From: Octopus sinensis | Taxonomy: Eukaryota | Length of the DNA stretch: 64,000 bases | Assembly (NCBI RefSeq): GCF_006345805.1 | Contig: NC_042998.1 | Coordinates: 7,440,001 to 7,504,000, forward strand | Direction: 5' to 3' | Program-made: the position numbers and the translations under genes | The notes under the pieces: model-generated | The model's input: the letters and a program-made list of their open reading frames with translations, nothing else | Database searches by the model: none | What the model was told of the DNA's origin: nothing | Shown here: piece after piece, positions 48,653-62,249 of the stretch | Layout: every line of letters begins with the position of its first letter | Numbering within the stretch: the stretch's first letter is position 1

Positions 48653-49944
48653 TATACTAAAGAACCAAATGTGTCTAGGGGTCCTCATATTTTACGGGAG
48701 AGAAATAAGCTGTAACGCATATTCCTTTCTGAATAGGATAAGAAAGGTAAAAATAGGAGACATTGATTGAACTGCTAATCAAAACTGCAACGTATACCCC
48801 TATTCCCTGGTAGATTCTCTGTCGTTTGGCAATATATTGATTTATAAAGATTGCTGATTCACCGAATAAAAAAGAAGTCGGTCATGGTTTGTAAAATTTG
48901 GCCAACCCAAGAAAATAGATTACCTAAATTCCCCAAATAATTTAACAGAAGCGTAGTGTTTCTAGATTGCTTAATCCTGGTGTGCCTAAATAAATAACCC
49001 CCAAAATATTTGTCATCACCGATATATTGTGTGCTTTCAAGCATGAGTTATGAACTCATAACACAAACACATTTTGCATATATATAAGGTATGGACAACT
49101 AACAGATACTTTCTTGTACGTTACCCATTCAAACATCGCTTAACATTTGTTGTCTTTGTTTGGTTTCCTTTAAGGTGTGCTTGTATAATCTGGTTGCATA
49201 CAATAAGGGGCCGTTCAGATTTAAAAATAATAAAAAAAAACTGAAATGAAGACATAATTAACGAGAGGGAGAGGTGCAAGAAGATGACAAAGGAAGTACG
49301 TCAGAACGTGATAGAAGGGAGCTAAGTAAAAAAAAGGGCGACAGGAAGTGGCGAAAAAAAAAAAAGAAAATATAAAGAAAACTATAATAAAAAGAAAAGG
49401 GACACCGGGATAATGGAGAGATAGAATAATACAGAGATGAATAATACATTGAAATTACAAATCACGACCAACTTCCCTTCGATCCATAGACATACATTAA
49501 TACTTACCTACCTACATAAATATACATGGCTACATAACGGCGCCGGAGTCAGTCACGTCAGCATAAGGGAGCTATTCATCTTTCTACGGTGGATACTATC
49601 CCCCAAAACGTTTTCTATTGATATAAGCCTGGTAAAAAGTCGCTTATCTTCTGATAAATGTGAAGAAGCACCTTTTTTTTTTTGCGGAAGATCGTAGCAG
49701 TAATCAAACGAAGAAAATTCAACACGTAGTATTACAGCTACGTACACAATGGCTGGACCGGAAACTGGGGTCTGCTCCTGCAGGTCGAGGAACAATCGAG
49801 AGAAATTTCAATGATCCTTTGAATTTGAACAAAGCCCTGTATTAATTCTAAAAAAAAAAAAAAATAAAAAGTTCAAATCTTTTTATTGGCAACATGAAAG
49901 AGATAAAGAGTGACAGATCTAAAATACCCCCAGCTAGTTGAATT

Positions 49945-50130
49945 TCGACTGTGGCCATGCTGGAGCACCCTCTTGAAGGGTTTTAGTCGAATGAATCGAT
50001 CCCAGTACTTTCATGTTTTTAAGCTTGGTACTTATTCTATCGGTCACTTTTGCCGAACTGCTACATTACAGGTACGTAAACACACCAACACCGGTTGTCA
50101 AGCGGTCGGGTAGGGGACAAGCACAAAGAC
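49945..50130 (-). mobile_element. SINE family A 3' half
   Basis: gactgtggccatgctggagcacc..acttattctatcggtc..ggttgtcaagc. Confidence 0.75.
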
Positions 50131-50684
50131 AGCAGGCAAGTGATAATGTGTTTGAAATCAAGATACACTTATAGTTTCCTGCCGATTATAATTGGAGCAG
50201 CAGGGTCCGCACCAACCCACCAAGAATTGTCGAACATGGGTTCTAGATGATAGCAGAAATTTATTTTCGTCGAGAAAATGTTTGAAGTTATCCCTATAGA
50301 TCGTCAAAATAGCACATTACATAAGCCAGACCAAACTAAACCAGTGAATTCATTCTTCTGAGTTGATGTAAATAACACGGAATACAACCACTGAAAGGTG
50401 AACATGGTGTTATTAGACGAATGAGCAATAACTGATTATAAACGAACTAGAGTAATGAGGGGAAAATATAATCAACTGAAAGCGCAGTAAGCGAAATTCA
50501 AACAAAAACTTCCATCTATATTGATATACAATTACATGAAAGAGCAATTACCGCACGAATCGGAAAAACCTATTGACCTGATGATATCTGCAGTGAATAT
50601 ATACACACTCATGCACACTAGTTCAGATAACCATAAATCGCAATGCATGCACGCATACATACATGCATGCATAAATTGTATATA

Positions 50685-52131
50685 CAGTAATTCCTTGCCA
50701 TATCGCGGTTCACCTATCGTGCACTCAGTACATCGCAGTTCACCTATCGCGGATTTTTCTGGCTAATATATGTAATATATATATAAATTTATATCGCGGA
50801 CTCCTAAGTATGTCGCGGGTTTCTGCGACCGATAAGTATTTATATTTTTTTTATATTTTAATCCCACCACAGACTGACAACCCGATAGAAAAAAGTTGAC
50901 CAACACCACGATAAAGCAGTCCACATCAAATGTGCCACAGAGAGAAGTGGAGAACCCCAAAAGGGACACCCCAAAGAACCACCACCAACCTTGTTCGAGG
51001 AAGCGACGACAGATGGACAATAGTCAAGGAGACGGAAATGAAAGATACCTATCGCACACCCAATAAAAGACAACCAAACACCAAAGACAACCAAACATCC
51101 GCATCCATAACATACACAAACCAAACATCCTACTCAGTTACCCTAAACAAAGAACCCAAAACCCGCGTTCACACCTTACACAAAAACATCCAACTCATTT
51201 GCCCCAAGCAAGGCCACATATAATCCATTCACACCAGACATACCACAGCCAACAACACCTGCAAAAATCCACCCTAGCTAAACATACATAAATTAACCCC
51301 TCCACACACAAGCACCAGCGAACTCAAAAGACAATACAATATTCCTTTTCATCAATTGCTACCCGTTATTTAACCATATGCTGGTTCAACCTATTTTGTC
51401 TGTCCTGTACAGTGAATGAAAGTGTATGCCTTGTTACATGTGTAAATGAAACTTGAATGTAAGTACCAGTGATTCTAAAAGGAGATCAGTGATGACGCGT
51501 GGTTTGTGGGGTCCCCATGTCCATCACTCCATTTTCATCATTTCCACTCTTTGATTATCCATATGCTATTTTGACTCCCATTTTTTTGTCTGTCCTATTT
51601 TGACCCCCATTTGTCTGTCCTGTATTGTCCCTTCTGTGTATTAGCTTTTACGGTGAATAAGTGCCTTTTATTGTAATAAAAATTTAAATATATATACAGT
51701 ACTGTTTCTACTTCGGATTTCCATCTATCGCGGGAGGTTTTGGAACGTAACACCGGCGATAATCGAAGGATTACTGTATTTTATTATAAAAGCAAAACAC
51801 CACCACACACTCGCCTCCCGAGTTTCGTTTTCAATACAGTATGTGCGATTCTTTGCTTACTCATCTACGGTACTCTACGTATTTTCTTTTAATATATTTT
51901 AATGTATGATACAGTACTGTACTGCATTTTTATTTATCAATTTTTAGACGTGAAAATGCTTATTTTACCACAGAAATAATTAAAATCTAAAAATATATAT
52001 ATATATAAATACCTATCAGCCGCAGAAATTCGTGATATACTGAGTAGTTCACGATATAAATTTACATATATTAGCCATCACCGTGTACTCATGGCGCGAT
52101 AGGTGAACCGCGATGTGGCGAGTGATTACTA
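50685..52131. mobile_element. pogo/Tigger-type MITE complex (CAGTAAT ends, TA TSD)
   Basis: TA|cagtaattccttgccatatcgcggttcacctatcg; one right end cgaaggattactg|TA at 51776 and an inverted copy of the left end finishing at 52131; AC-rich insert at 50862-51340. Confidence 0.65.
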
Positions 52132-52269
52132 TATACATGCACGTGTGAAATGAACGGGTTGTTTGGTTGGGGTGTGATTAAAATTAACAGCAACGCTGGA
52201 TACCATTTAGCAAGAACCCGTGTTCCCCGTCAGCTTATCTAAATATCTATCTATGTATGCTGCTGATTC

Positions 52270-52574
52270 CAGGTGCAGTCCCATGACTGACCATGGAAAG
52301 TTACCCTCCCAGGCACAAGTCCGGGCGAGGTTGTTTATGGAAGACTAGCAATCACTCATGCATACCGGCCTCCAGTGTTATCCAAGGGAAAGGCAAAGGG
52401 GCCGATACAGCTTGGCACCTGTGACATCGCAACTCACTTCTACAGCTGAGTGAACTGGAGCAACGTGAAATAAAGTACCTTGCTCAAGAACACAACACAT
52501 AGCCCGGTCCAGGATTCGAACTCAAAACCTCACGAACGTAAGCTCGACGCTCTAACCACTGAGCCATGCGCCTT
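52270..52574 (-). mobile_element. tRNA-derived SINE family D
   Basis: Minus head ggcgcatggctcagtggttagagcg..gagttcgaatcc (box A/B) followed by gttgtgttcttgagcaagg. Confidence 0.75.
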
Positions 52575-53414
52575 CTCTAGATATCTATCAAAATTAATAA
52601 TACAGTAGTTCAAGGAACATTGTTCAAATCACCAGGCGATGAATTGGCAGAGTAGTTAGACATTCGGATTGAATGCTTCGCAGTATATATTCCGATTCTC
52701 TGCGTTCTGAGTTCAAATCCCACCGAAGTTAACTTTACCTTTCAGCCTTTCGAGGTCGTTAGAGGGTAGCAGGTTGTCGGAACTGTAAGAGCATATTTGT
52801 TCCGGCTCTTTGCATTAAGTTCAAATCCTGCTATGGCCAACATGGATGGAAGACTTAATCCGTCATCCGGCTTGACATAATCGCCTGGCATCTTACGTGT
52901 ATTTAGTGGAGCCCACACTATTATTCCAGACAAGTCTCAAGTCTGAGAATGTCTTCCTCTCGTCCATCCACAAAACTCGGAGGAGCAATAAATGGTCATG
53001 GGTACTGCTTTCCAACACGATTAAAAATTATATATATATATATATATATATAAAAGATGCATATATCCTCTCTTAGGGTTTTTACACAACCGCAAAATTA
53101 TCCTACAGTAAGGTTCGTAATCCAGTTTTAGAGACGAGGATCTTGAGTACCTTATACAAATTAAAAACTGCCCTCTATTTTATAATACTGCTCCTAAAAC
53201 TCATTCATTCCCTAAACTAATTTGATGCTTTTTAACAATTAAATTATACCGAGCCATTTGAGGATTAACATAATGCAAAAAAAAAAAAAAGACTATGTAC
53301 ACAATTTTTTATTCTAAGAGAAATTGTGAAATATTATTTTACACTGATCGTTTCTTCTTTGAATTGTTTGATTATTTTTCAAAGTTTCATATTTTCTATT
53401 TCTACAAATGTGTG

Positions 53415-53680
53415 AGCGCGTGGCCTAGTGGTTAGAATGATGCACTTTCGATCGCGAAACAGTGGTTTCGATTCCCAGACCAGGCGAGAGTTGTGTGTTT
53501 TTTGAGCAAAACATCTCATCTCTCATTGCTCTTCATCGCACTTCGACATCTGACATGTGGCATTGTAGATTTGATGGAGGGAGTGAGCAACTGTACAACA
53601 CAAACATTTGATCACTAAACAAATCGTTTGTGCTGGTTGTTAAGGAAGAAATGGCAGAAGATCATACTTCGTCTACGACA
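53415..53680 (+). mobile_element. Decayed tRNA-derived SINE
   Basis: tggcctagtggttag..ggtttcgattcccagaccaggcg head, as at 32274. Confidence 0.6.
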
Positions 53681-53734
53681 AGAGGGTCTACCGTATATTT
53701 CCGCAAGTCATTTCTTATTTGAAGGGTTTAAATA

Positions 53735-54010
53735 AATCGACCCTTGTACTTTTTTTTTTTAATGTCTGGCGTCTATTCTATCGCTCTCTTTTGCTGAATT
53801 AAGTTATGGCGATGTAAGCAAATGAACATCGGTTGTCAAGTAGCAGTGGGGGACAAACACACACCTGACGGTCTTCCACGTTTTCCATCAACCAAATTCT
53901 CTCATTAGTTGGCCTGTAGTTGTATAGTAGAAGACTTGCGCAAGGTACCGCACAATGGGACTGAACCAGAAACCAGGTGGCTGCAATGTTAGCTTCTTGA
54001 CCACACAGCT
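53735..54010 (-). mobile_element. SINE family A (decayed)
   Basis: catcggttgtcaag..gggacaaacac..tgggactgaacc..accacacagc. Confidence 0.65.
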
Positions 54011-55194
54011 TATGATTTTTATTTCTCTGAAGCTGTTCCACTTAGAATAAACATGTGAAAAAAAGTGAAATAGAAAAATTAAGAGACGTGAATAAAACCA
54101 CATGTTCTCTTGTGGACTGTGGGACATCATTCATCTTTTTCACTGTCGTAGAGAGGTACAAATTCCACTATCTTGCGAAGAATATTGAAACAAATCACCA
54201 GCACTGATAAATCTGACCTGCCTTCAAGGATCTGTTTACCATTTATGCTTTTATTTTCAACGAAGAATTCGAAATTCTCTCTTCAGGAGACCAGCTGGGA
54301 CATTGTTACTTAGAATTTCAAGCCAAGTATTTTTACAGCGGAGTCAAAGGTCTATTGTCACGTATAAATATTTTAAGTACGAAAGTATTTCAGAGATGCC
54401 AGTTTGGAGAGAAAGCTAGAAAATTATAGAAATAAAAAATAAATTCTCAAGTTGCGCAAGACGATTAAGTTTGCAGCAGCAGATAATTGCACTTAATAAA
54501 GTGAAGTATTTTGGGTGGAAGGAAGACGGGGTAGGCGATGGTGGTGGTGGTGAAGAGCTTTAAAGTTTAAGAGAATATATGAATGTATTATCAGTTCTGG
54601 CAGTCGACCATCTTATCACTTAAGGATAATATTTGATGGATAAACAAACACTCTCCCGCCTACAAAATAAATAGGAAAACAAAAAAACGAAAAGAAAAGA
54701 AATGAAATAAAAAGGAGAAACTGCTGATAGTGAAGAGGGAACGTAAAATTTGGCTGGATTGAACATCATACGATATATTATAGAAAAGATAAATATCTTA
54801 TAAACGTCCTTTACTTGACATTTGAACCGAAGTGGATGCGGCGAAAAGTGAAGGCATAGACAATTTTGTTAGAATAGATTAAAACGTACAAATATATATG
54901 CGATTGGCGATTATCTCTCTCAGTATAGGAGAGAGACAGAGACAGAAAAAGAGTGTGTGTGTGTACACATACGAAAGACGAATGGGCATTTGGCGATAAT
55001 ATATACAGTAATATTTACATACATGCACATATACACGTGTATGTATAAATGTATATAGACATATCCATATCTATCTAAATGCTAGAACGTCTTTTAAGGT
55101 AAATGGATATATGGTTGAGAAGTCATACTCCGAAGTGTACAAATGAGAGAAAATAAAATTCAATTAATGTTGAGTCAACCGGTCAATAATTACT

Positions 55195-55455
55195 TCATCA
55201 TCATCATTGTTCGACCGTGGTCGAGACAATGGAATTTACCATGCTATGCCAGACTTTACGGTCCATCATGGCATTACGGAGGTCCTGTTGCTGGATGCCT
55301 GTATCCCTGGAGATTACATCAGGGTAGGAGAGTGTGCACCCTCTGGTATTGTGAGTAGATGGCTTCCAGAGGAGATGAGTAGAAATTACCTCTTTTTCAG
55401 TTATACAACAATGTCCAGCAAACTGGACTCTCTTACCTTTCACAGGTTGACCATG
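55195..55455 (-). mobile_element. RTE/RTE-X-like LINE 3' end
   Basis: RVQFAGHC..LLWKPS..DLRNAMMDRKVW* followed by a (gat)n tail. Confidence 0.7.
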
Positions 55456-56241
55456 TAATTAACCAATTACCCTGAGCCAGAATGAGGGAAAAAAAAGGTA
55501 TCTTAGTGGTATATTTGATGTCCTGCACAGGTCAAATGAATAATGTTTATGATTCCACCGGGTGGTGGAGATTGTTTCGAAGCGTTTGCTGGTCAACAAC
55601 CAAGAGAATTTGACAACTTAGTGACATCAAATATGGAAGGAGGGGACGAAATGCTGTTCTTATTGGTCAGATAAACTAATGGGACAGGTTAGTGAGATCA
55701 CCTCAAATCATGCATCTGCTAAGAAGAGTTATTGGGCGAGTGAACTTCCATTTGCTTGGTCAACACCTGGATCAGTTGCGCCCGAGACTCTTTGAATTAA
55801 GTCTATTACTGCTTAAAACTGACCCCAGTTATCCAGTCAGTCATCGTTGTACTGAGTGGTTTTGCCATCGGTAATTTGTTATATCTTTTTGCAAGTTCTT
55901 ATTCAGTAGATTCTTTTTTTCTTTTGTTATCTTTCAGATGACTAACTTCACAATCAGAAAGACCGCCTTCCGGGCGGTTTTCTGCTAGCCCTTAATAATA
56001 TTTTCACATTTGATTCCCAATACTAATAATTTTTATGATATTTTACGTCTAATCATTTCTTTGTATAATAGTGCTAACTTGCTTAGTAAATACTGCTTTC
56101 ATGATTTTATCACAGTCATAATCACTTTTTTAAACAAACATCACCATAGTCCAACAGATATAGAAGCAGTTTGTCAAGTCTTACCTTCCCCTCAAAGCAT
56201 TATAGCGATTTCAATTCAGCAGCCCATCTGTTAGCTTTGCA

Positions 56242-56288
<47 letters not shown>

Positions 56289-56399
56289 TGTGAGAGAGAG
56301 TGTGTGTGTGTGTGTGTGAGAGAGAGAGTGGGAGGGAAGATCATTGCAAACAATGAATGAAATAAACAGGAAATGAAAAATCGTATAAATAAAAGGGCA

Positions 56400-57730
56400 T
56401 TACTACTTCAATAATCAGCAAGATGTTCGAAACCATCCTTAAGAAAAGTATGTTGCTCCACCTCCAAAACACAGCCTCTCTCTCTGATTCCCAACACGGC
56501 TTCGTGCCGAAGAGATCATGCTTGACCAACTTACTGGTAATGGAAGAATTGGTGACGCGCATCCTCGATGATGGTGATGCTGTTGACATCGTTTCATTGG
56601 ACTTTGCCAAAGCTTTTGACTCGGTAAACCACCGCCAATTACTTGTCAAGCTTCAAGCATATAGTTTCCATCCGGATATTGTACGATGGGTTGGTGCCTT
56701 CCTCTCAGATCGCTCCTTCCAAGTTAATGGTTCGCTGTCCGACGTCTCCAGTGCGAGCAGTGGCGTGCCTCAAGGTTCAGTGCTTGGGCCCTTATTGTTC
56801 TTAGTCTTCATAAATGACTTGCCCGACGACCTCACGCAACACACCCTTCTATTTGCCGATGATGTCAAACTGGTCGCTCCTCGCGGTGATATAGAGGATC
56901 TTCGTCGATGCCTCCACCAAGTTTGGAGATGGTCTAACGAATGGGACCTGTGTCTGAACGTGTCAAAGTGCTGTCATCTGCCTGTTGACTCTTCTCCTGG
57001 AACTCAACTTGATTTCGAGCCGGGTCGTCTGCTGCTGGAGAGGACCGACCAGGTAAAGGACCTGGGTATCTTGGTGGATTCCTACTTTTCGCCTTCGGCC
57101 CAGTGCGTCCATGCTGCCAACAAAGCACGCGGAGTTCTGTTCTTGATTCGACGGTCATTCGGAATGCTCACAGCAGCCATATTCCTACCACTCTATGTCA
57201 CGCTGGTGAGACCCATATTGGAGTATGGGATTCAAGCCTCTTCTCCTTATCTCCTCAAAGACATACAGCATCTCGAAAGAGTCCAGAAGCTGGCTACCCG
57301 CATGGTTCTTGGTCTCAAGCATTTGTCTTATGAAGAAAGGCTGAAGACGCTCGACCTTTATTCTCTAGAAAAACGCCGCCGCCGTGGTGATCTCATTCTC
57401 GCCCACAACATCATAAGCGGAAAGTGTAACCTCTCGAAAGAACTGTTCTTCACTCCTGCTCCAGAGCGTCGGCTGCGGGGTCACTCCGAAAAGCACTATC
57501 TGCGACGATTTCATATCAATCGAAGGAGAGGGGCTTTCTCCGTCCGGGTTGCGGATCCGGAGAATAAGCTGCCGGACGAGATAGTGAAGATGCCGACGAC
57601 CGCTCGGTTCAAAGTCTCCCTTGACCACAAATGGCCTGAACTCTTTACATGAACACCTCCCTGTACATAACTCCATGTCCCCCTACATGGCCTTGCTTTT
57701 TGCTTTTTGAGCCAAAAAATTAACTAACTA
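56400..57730 (+). mobile_element. 5'-truncated CR1-group LINE
   Basis: RT ORF plus a short 3' UTR ending aattaactaacta. Confidence 0.85.
56423..57652 (+). CDS. CR1-group reverse transcriptase (partial, open frame)
   Basis: QHGF..RSCLTNL, LDFAKAFD, GVPQGSVLGPLLF, LFADD, LERVQKLATR, RLRGH motifs. Confidence 0.9.
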   Translation: MFETILKKSMLLHLQNTASLSDSQHGFVPKRSCLTNLLVMEELVTRILDDGDAVDIVSLDFAKAFDSVNHRQLLVKLQAYSFHPDIVRWVGAFLSDRSFQVNGSLSDVSSASSGVPQGSVLGPLLFLVFINDLPDDLTQHTLLFADDVKLVAPRGDIEDLRRCLHQVWRWSNEWDLCLNVSKCCHLPVDSSPGTQLDFEPGRLLLERTDQVKDLGILVDSYFSPSAQCVHAANKARGVLFLIRRSFGMLTAAIFLPLYVTLVRPILEYGIQASSPYLLKDIQHLERVQKLATRMVLGLKHLSYEERLKTLDLYSLEKRRRRGDLILAHNIISGKCNLSKELFFTPAPERRLRGHSEKHYLRRFHINRRRGAFSVRVADPENKLPDEIVKMPTTARFKVSLDHKWPELFT

Positions 57731-58317
57731 CAAATGTATACGCTGTTAACTTTGTTGCCTTATAATATCCAGAAAAATCGATTCTTTTAACAACATATTT
57801 TACAAATACCGCTTAGATGTTGTGGCTTCAGAGTATATAGAGATTTATGGGAAATAATTTTTCCGAGGAGTTTCGGAAATTTCACAAGATCTGACTTTTT
57901 CCCCTCATAACTTTCATGAAAATCGGTGTCTTTTCACGTGTTTATACAAATCAGTTTCAAACGGCATAGGTTACGATCATAAAGAAATTTGTGGGGAAAA
58001 TTTTTTCGGGGAGTTTCCTCATTTCTTTTTTAGACCACAGCCTTGTAGCGGGCTGGATGCATCTTTGTATGAAAAAAGTTATGAAGAATTTTTCTACCCC
58101 CTCCTCCCTCATCATTCAACTCTGGACCTATTTTGGCCATTTTTTGCACCTCAAAACCATAAGAGCATTTTCGGTAAAAAAAAATTCAGAGGGAAAAGTG
58201 AGTGATTTAAGGGCGATTTGGCTGTTTCTAGCACATCCAAAGACAACCTTTTTTGTTTCTTTATAACTCTCGCATGTGTTGATGTTTTTCAATATCTTTC
58301 TCCCATAAATAAATTTA

Positions 58318-58722
58318 TCTTTATATATAAAAGTGAGGTTGTGTGTCTGTCTGTCTCCTACGATTTAGATTCCTAACTACTTCCACATTTTGCGGTGCAA
58401 TGTAACCAAAAGCGGGTATCTTATAGTCGTGATTCATATCGAGCCCTTCTGGGTATTAGCGCGCGTCTACGATGAGTTTACGATTTTAAAAATAATTTAC
58501 CATCATTTTTTTCCATTTAAATGTATTTTTTCGCTATTATATAAGGGAAGTAGCTCTCTAAAAATGACTACGATGAGTCAACGATTTAAAAAAAATTTAC
58601 CATCATTTTTTTTCAATTTTTAATGCATTTTTTTTTTTACTATCTTTTGGCTATAACTCTCTAAAAATGCTTATATAGTTATTTCCTTTACAAACCCGAG
58701 CAACGCCGGGCGATACTGCTAG
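58318..58722 (+). mobile_element. Non-autonomous Helitron
   Basis: A|TC...CTAG|T; near-identical termini to 36077-36467. Confidence 0.85.
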
Positions 58723-59576
58723 TATGCTATAAAAAGAAAATTTAAGAAATTATGAATCTTTTGCAACCCCACTCCCGATTGTTTCTGTTCAGAAATTAAA
58801 ATATTAGAGAGCCTGAAAAGGTCATTTCTGGCATTTATCCACAGGGATTTATTTTAAAAAAAAAGGTGTTATGTAAACGATAATTCATTTTAATAGTGTA
58901 TTTTTCGGTTAGAAAATGTTTTTTCTTACACACACGGCTTCGCTTGATTGAGGTGAGGTGGAGGTAAAATTTTAGGTTGCAATTTATTTTGTCGCTTATA
59001 TTCTACCAATGGACCACGCGTGTGTTACTTCGGCATCATCATTCCATAAAATGTGTTTAATGGGAGAAAAATACTGAAAAAGCATCAATACATGTGTGAG
59101 TGAAAAGGGAGGGTGGTTTGGGTTGTGCTAGAAACAACAGCGAAATCTCCCTTGAATTTTTCACTTTTCCTCTGAAAATATCTATTTTTATCTATTTATT
59201 TTTACCGGAAAGGCTCCTTCCATGGTTTTTAAGTTAAAAAAGAAAATGGCCAAAATCGGTCCGGGTAGTTATAACAAACAGCCATAACAAAATCACTTAG
59301 AATTTCTTTTTTTTACAAAACTTATACCGGTGTATTAAAAAATTTTCATTCAATAAATAATGTTTTTCCATTACGTATACATTAATAGAATAAACAGACG
59401 GTTTTCCAAATAGTGAATTAAAACTTGAAATAAAAACATTGAAACAGAAAGTGAGAGACTTTGCAAATGAAATACTTCGTAGTGGATGCAATGAATATTC
59501 AAATTTGCGAGTAATTTAGTGTTAAAAAATTCAATAAACTTGAGAAATCGAAATCATAGGAAATTACTTAGAACAT

Positions 59577-60518
59577 GAAATAACTGCAATATCTCCCTCA
59601 ATTCCCATTCCACCGTCTTAAAGTGATATCCAATGTACGATGTACTTAAAACAAAAGCCAGGATGATCATGACTTAATGTTAAAACAATACAATCACCAA
59701 CGGTCACAACAAATGTTTGGTAACCAAGTAACGGGATAGTCTGTATTTCCACACGATCAACTATTTAATAACTGCTCTCTTTTAGAACTTTTAGTAATTG
59801 TTACATACCTAATTAATAAGCAGCTTTCTCTATTTTAGTAATAGATAGATATTCTTAGTAGTTTTGGGTAATCTCAACCTCGTCACCAAATCTTGTATTT
59901 TAGAGAAAGGAAGGACTCTTAGTAATGAAGAAGAGAACCAAGTAGTAGCAACAAGCAAAACTTCGTAAGTAACACAGCAATTTACAAAAACGAGTGACTA
60001 CAACCTTGAAATAAAAAAACAACATATTCTTGAATTTTATAATCGCATATATTCGCTCATTTTTGAATTTTGATTTTTAGTACAATAGTAGTTAGGAATG
60101 CTCAATCCAAAACATTGATGGTTCAAATTCATATGACAGTAATTTTAGTGGGATACTTTTATTTATTTACTTTGTTATACTCAAGACTTTGATCTCCCTA
60201 ACAATTACTGTAAAATTGTAATAACAGTAGTTTCTCGTCAGCCTCTTTTAGTTTTTCCTTCCCAATTTTACGACACTTCTATTTGACAAGGCAATTCTTT
60301 GGAAATAAGTCAACGAGGAAGCTTCTTCGTCGTCCATCCACATGCTAGAAATAACTGCAATATCTTCCTCAATTCCCATTCCGCCGTCTTAAAGTGATAC
60401 CCAATGTACGATGTACTTAAAACAAAAAGCCAGGATAATCATGACTTAATGTTAAAATTAAGTAACACAATCACCAACGGTCACAACAAATGTTTGGTAA
60501 CCAAGTAACGGGATAGTC
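59577..60518 (+). repeat. About 170-bp direct repeat pair about 770 bp apart
   Basis: gaaataactgcaatatct..ccaagtaacgggatagtc at about 59577-59741 and 60348-60518. Confidence 0.85.
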
Positions 60519-60526
60519 CTTATTTA

Positions 60527-60742
60527 CGAGGGGCTGTTGAACCGTTCCTGGCTTTAAGGGTATTGTGAAAGGCCTGGTTCGAGGCCCAGCCTTCCGATTC
60601 CTTTTACAAGGTTTAGAAAAATTGAAGGATCGCTGCAATAAGTGGGTGAATCTGAGAGGGGAATATGTTGAATAAAATCATAATTAACTCATCCTCCTCT
60701 ATTTTCTTTTACTCAAAGCCGGGAACTTTTCAGCACTATTTG
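60527..60742 (+). mobile_element. Mariner-derived MITE
   Basis: TA|cgaggggctgttgaaccgttcctggcttt / aaagccgggaacttttcagcactatttg|TA; internal KLKDRCNKWVNLRGEYVE* is a mariner C-terminus. Confidence 0.75.
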
Positions 60743-60994
60743 TAATTATATATTTTATGACAGACCTACGGATGTAACTAACTACAAATAGGTTCCTTTA
60801 ATAATGCTGTAACTTACAGAAAATCGGGCAACACAGTTGCCGATAAGTTATTGTTGGCAGCCCCAAATATTTGGAATTGTAATAACTTCAATATTATGAT
60901 TTTGCAGCGAGATTAAGTAACTCTTAATCATGTCGATATGTTAAAAAGATGAAACTAGCGGACCGGTTTACATACATACATACATACATCCATA

Positions 60995-62245
<1,251 letters not shown>

Positions 62246-62249
62246 CCTT

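Noticed and set aside
55956-55988. GC hairpin plus T-run resembling a bacterial terminator
   Set aside because: Eukaryotic context; followed by CTAG, so more likely a Helitron-like or other repeat end.
57730-59520. Possible non-autonomous DNA transposon hosting the 58318 Helitron
   Set aside because: Texture is repeat-like but I could not identify TIRs or a TSD.
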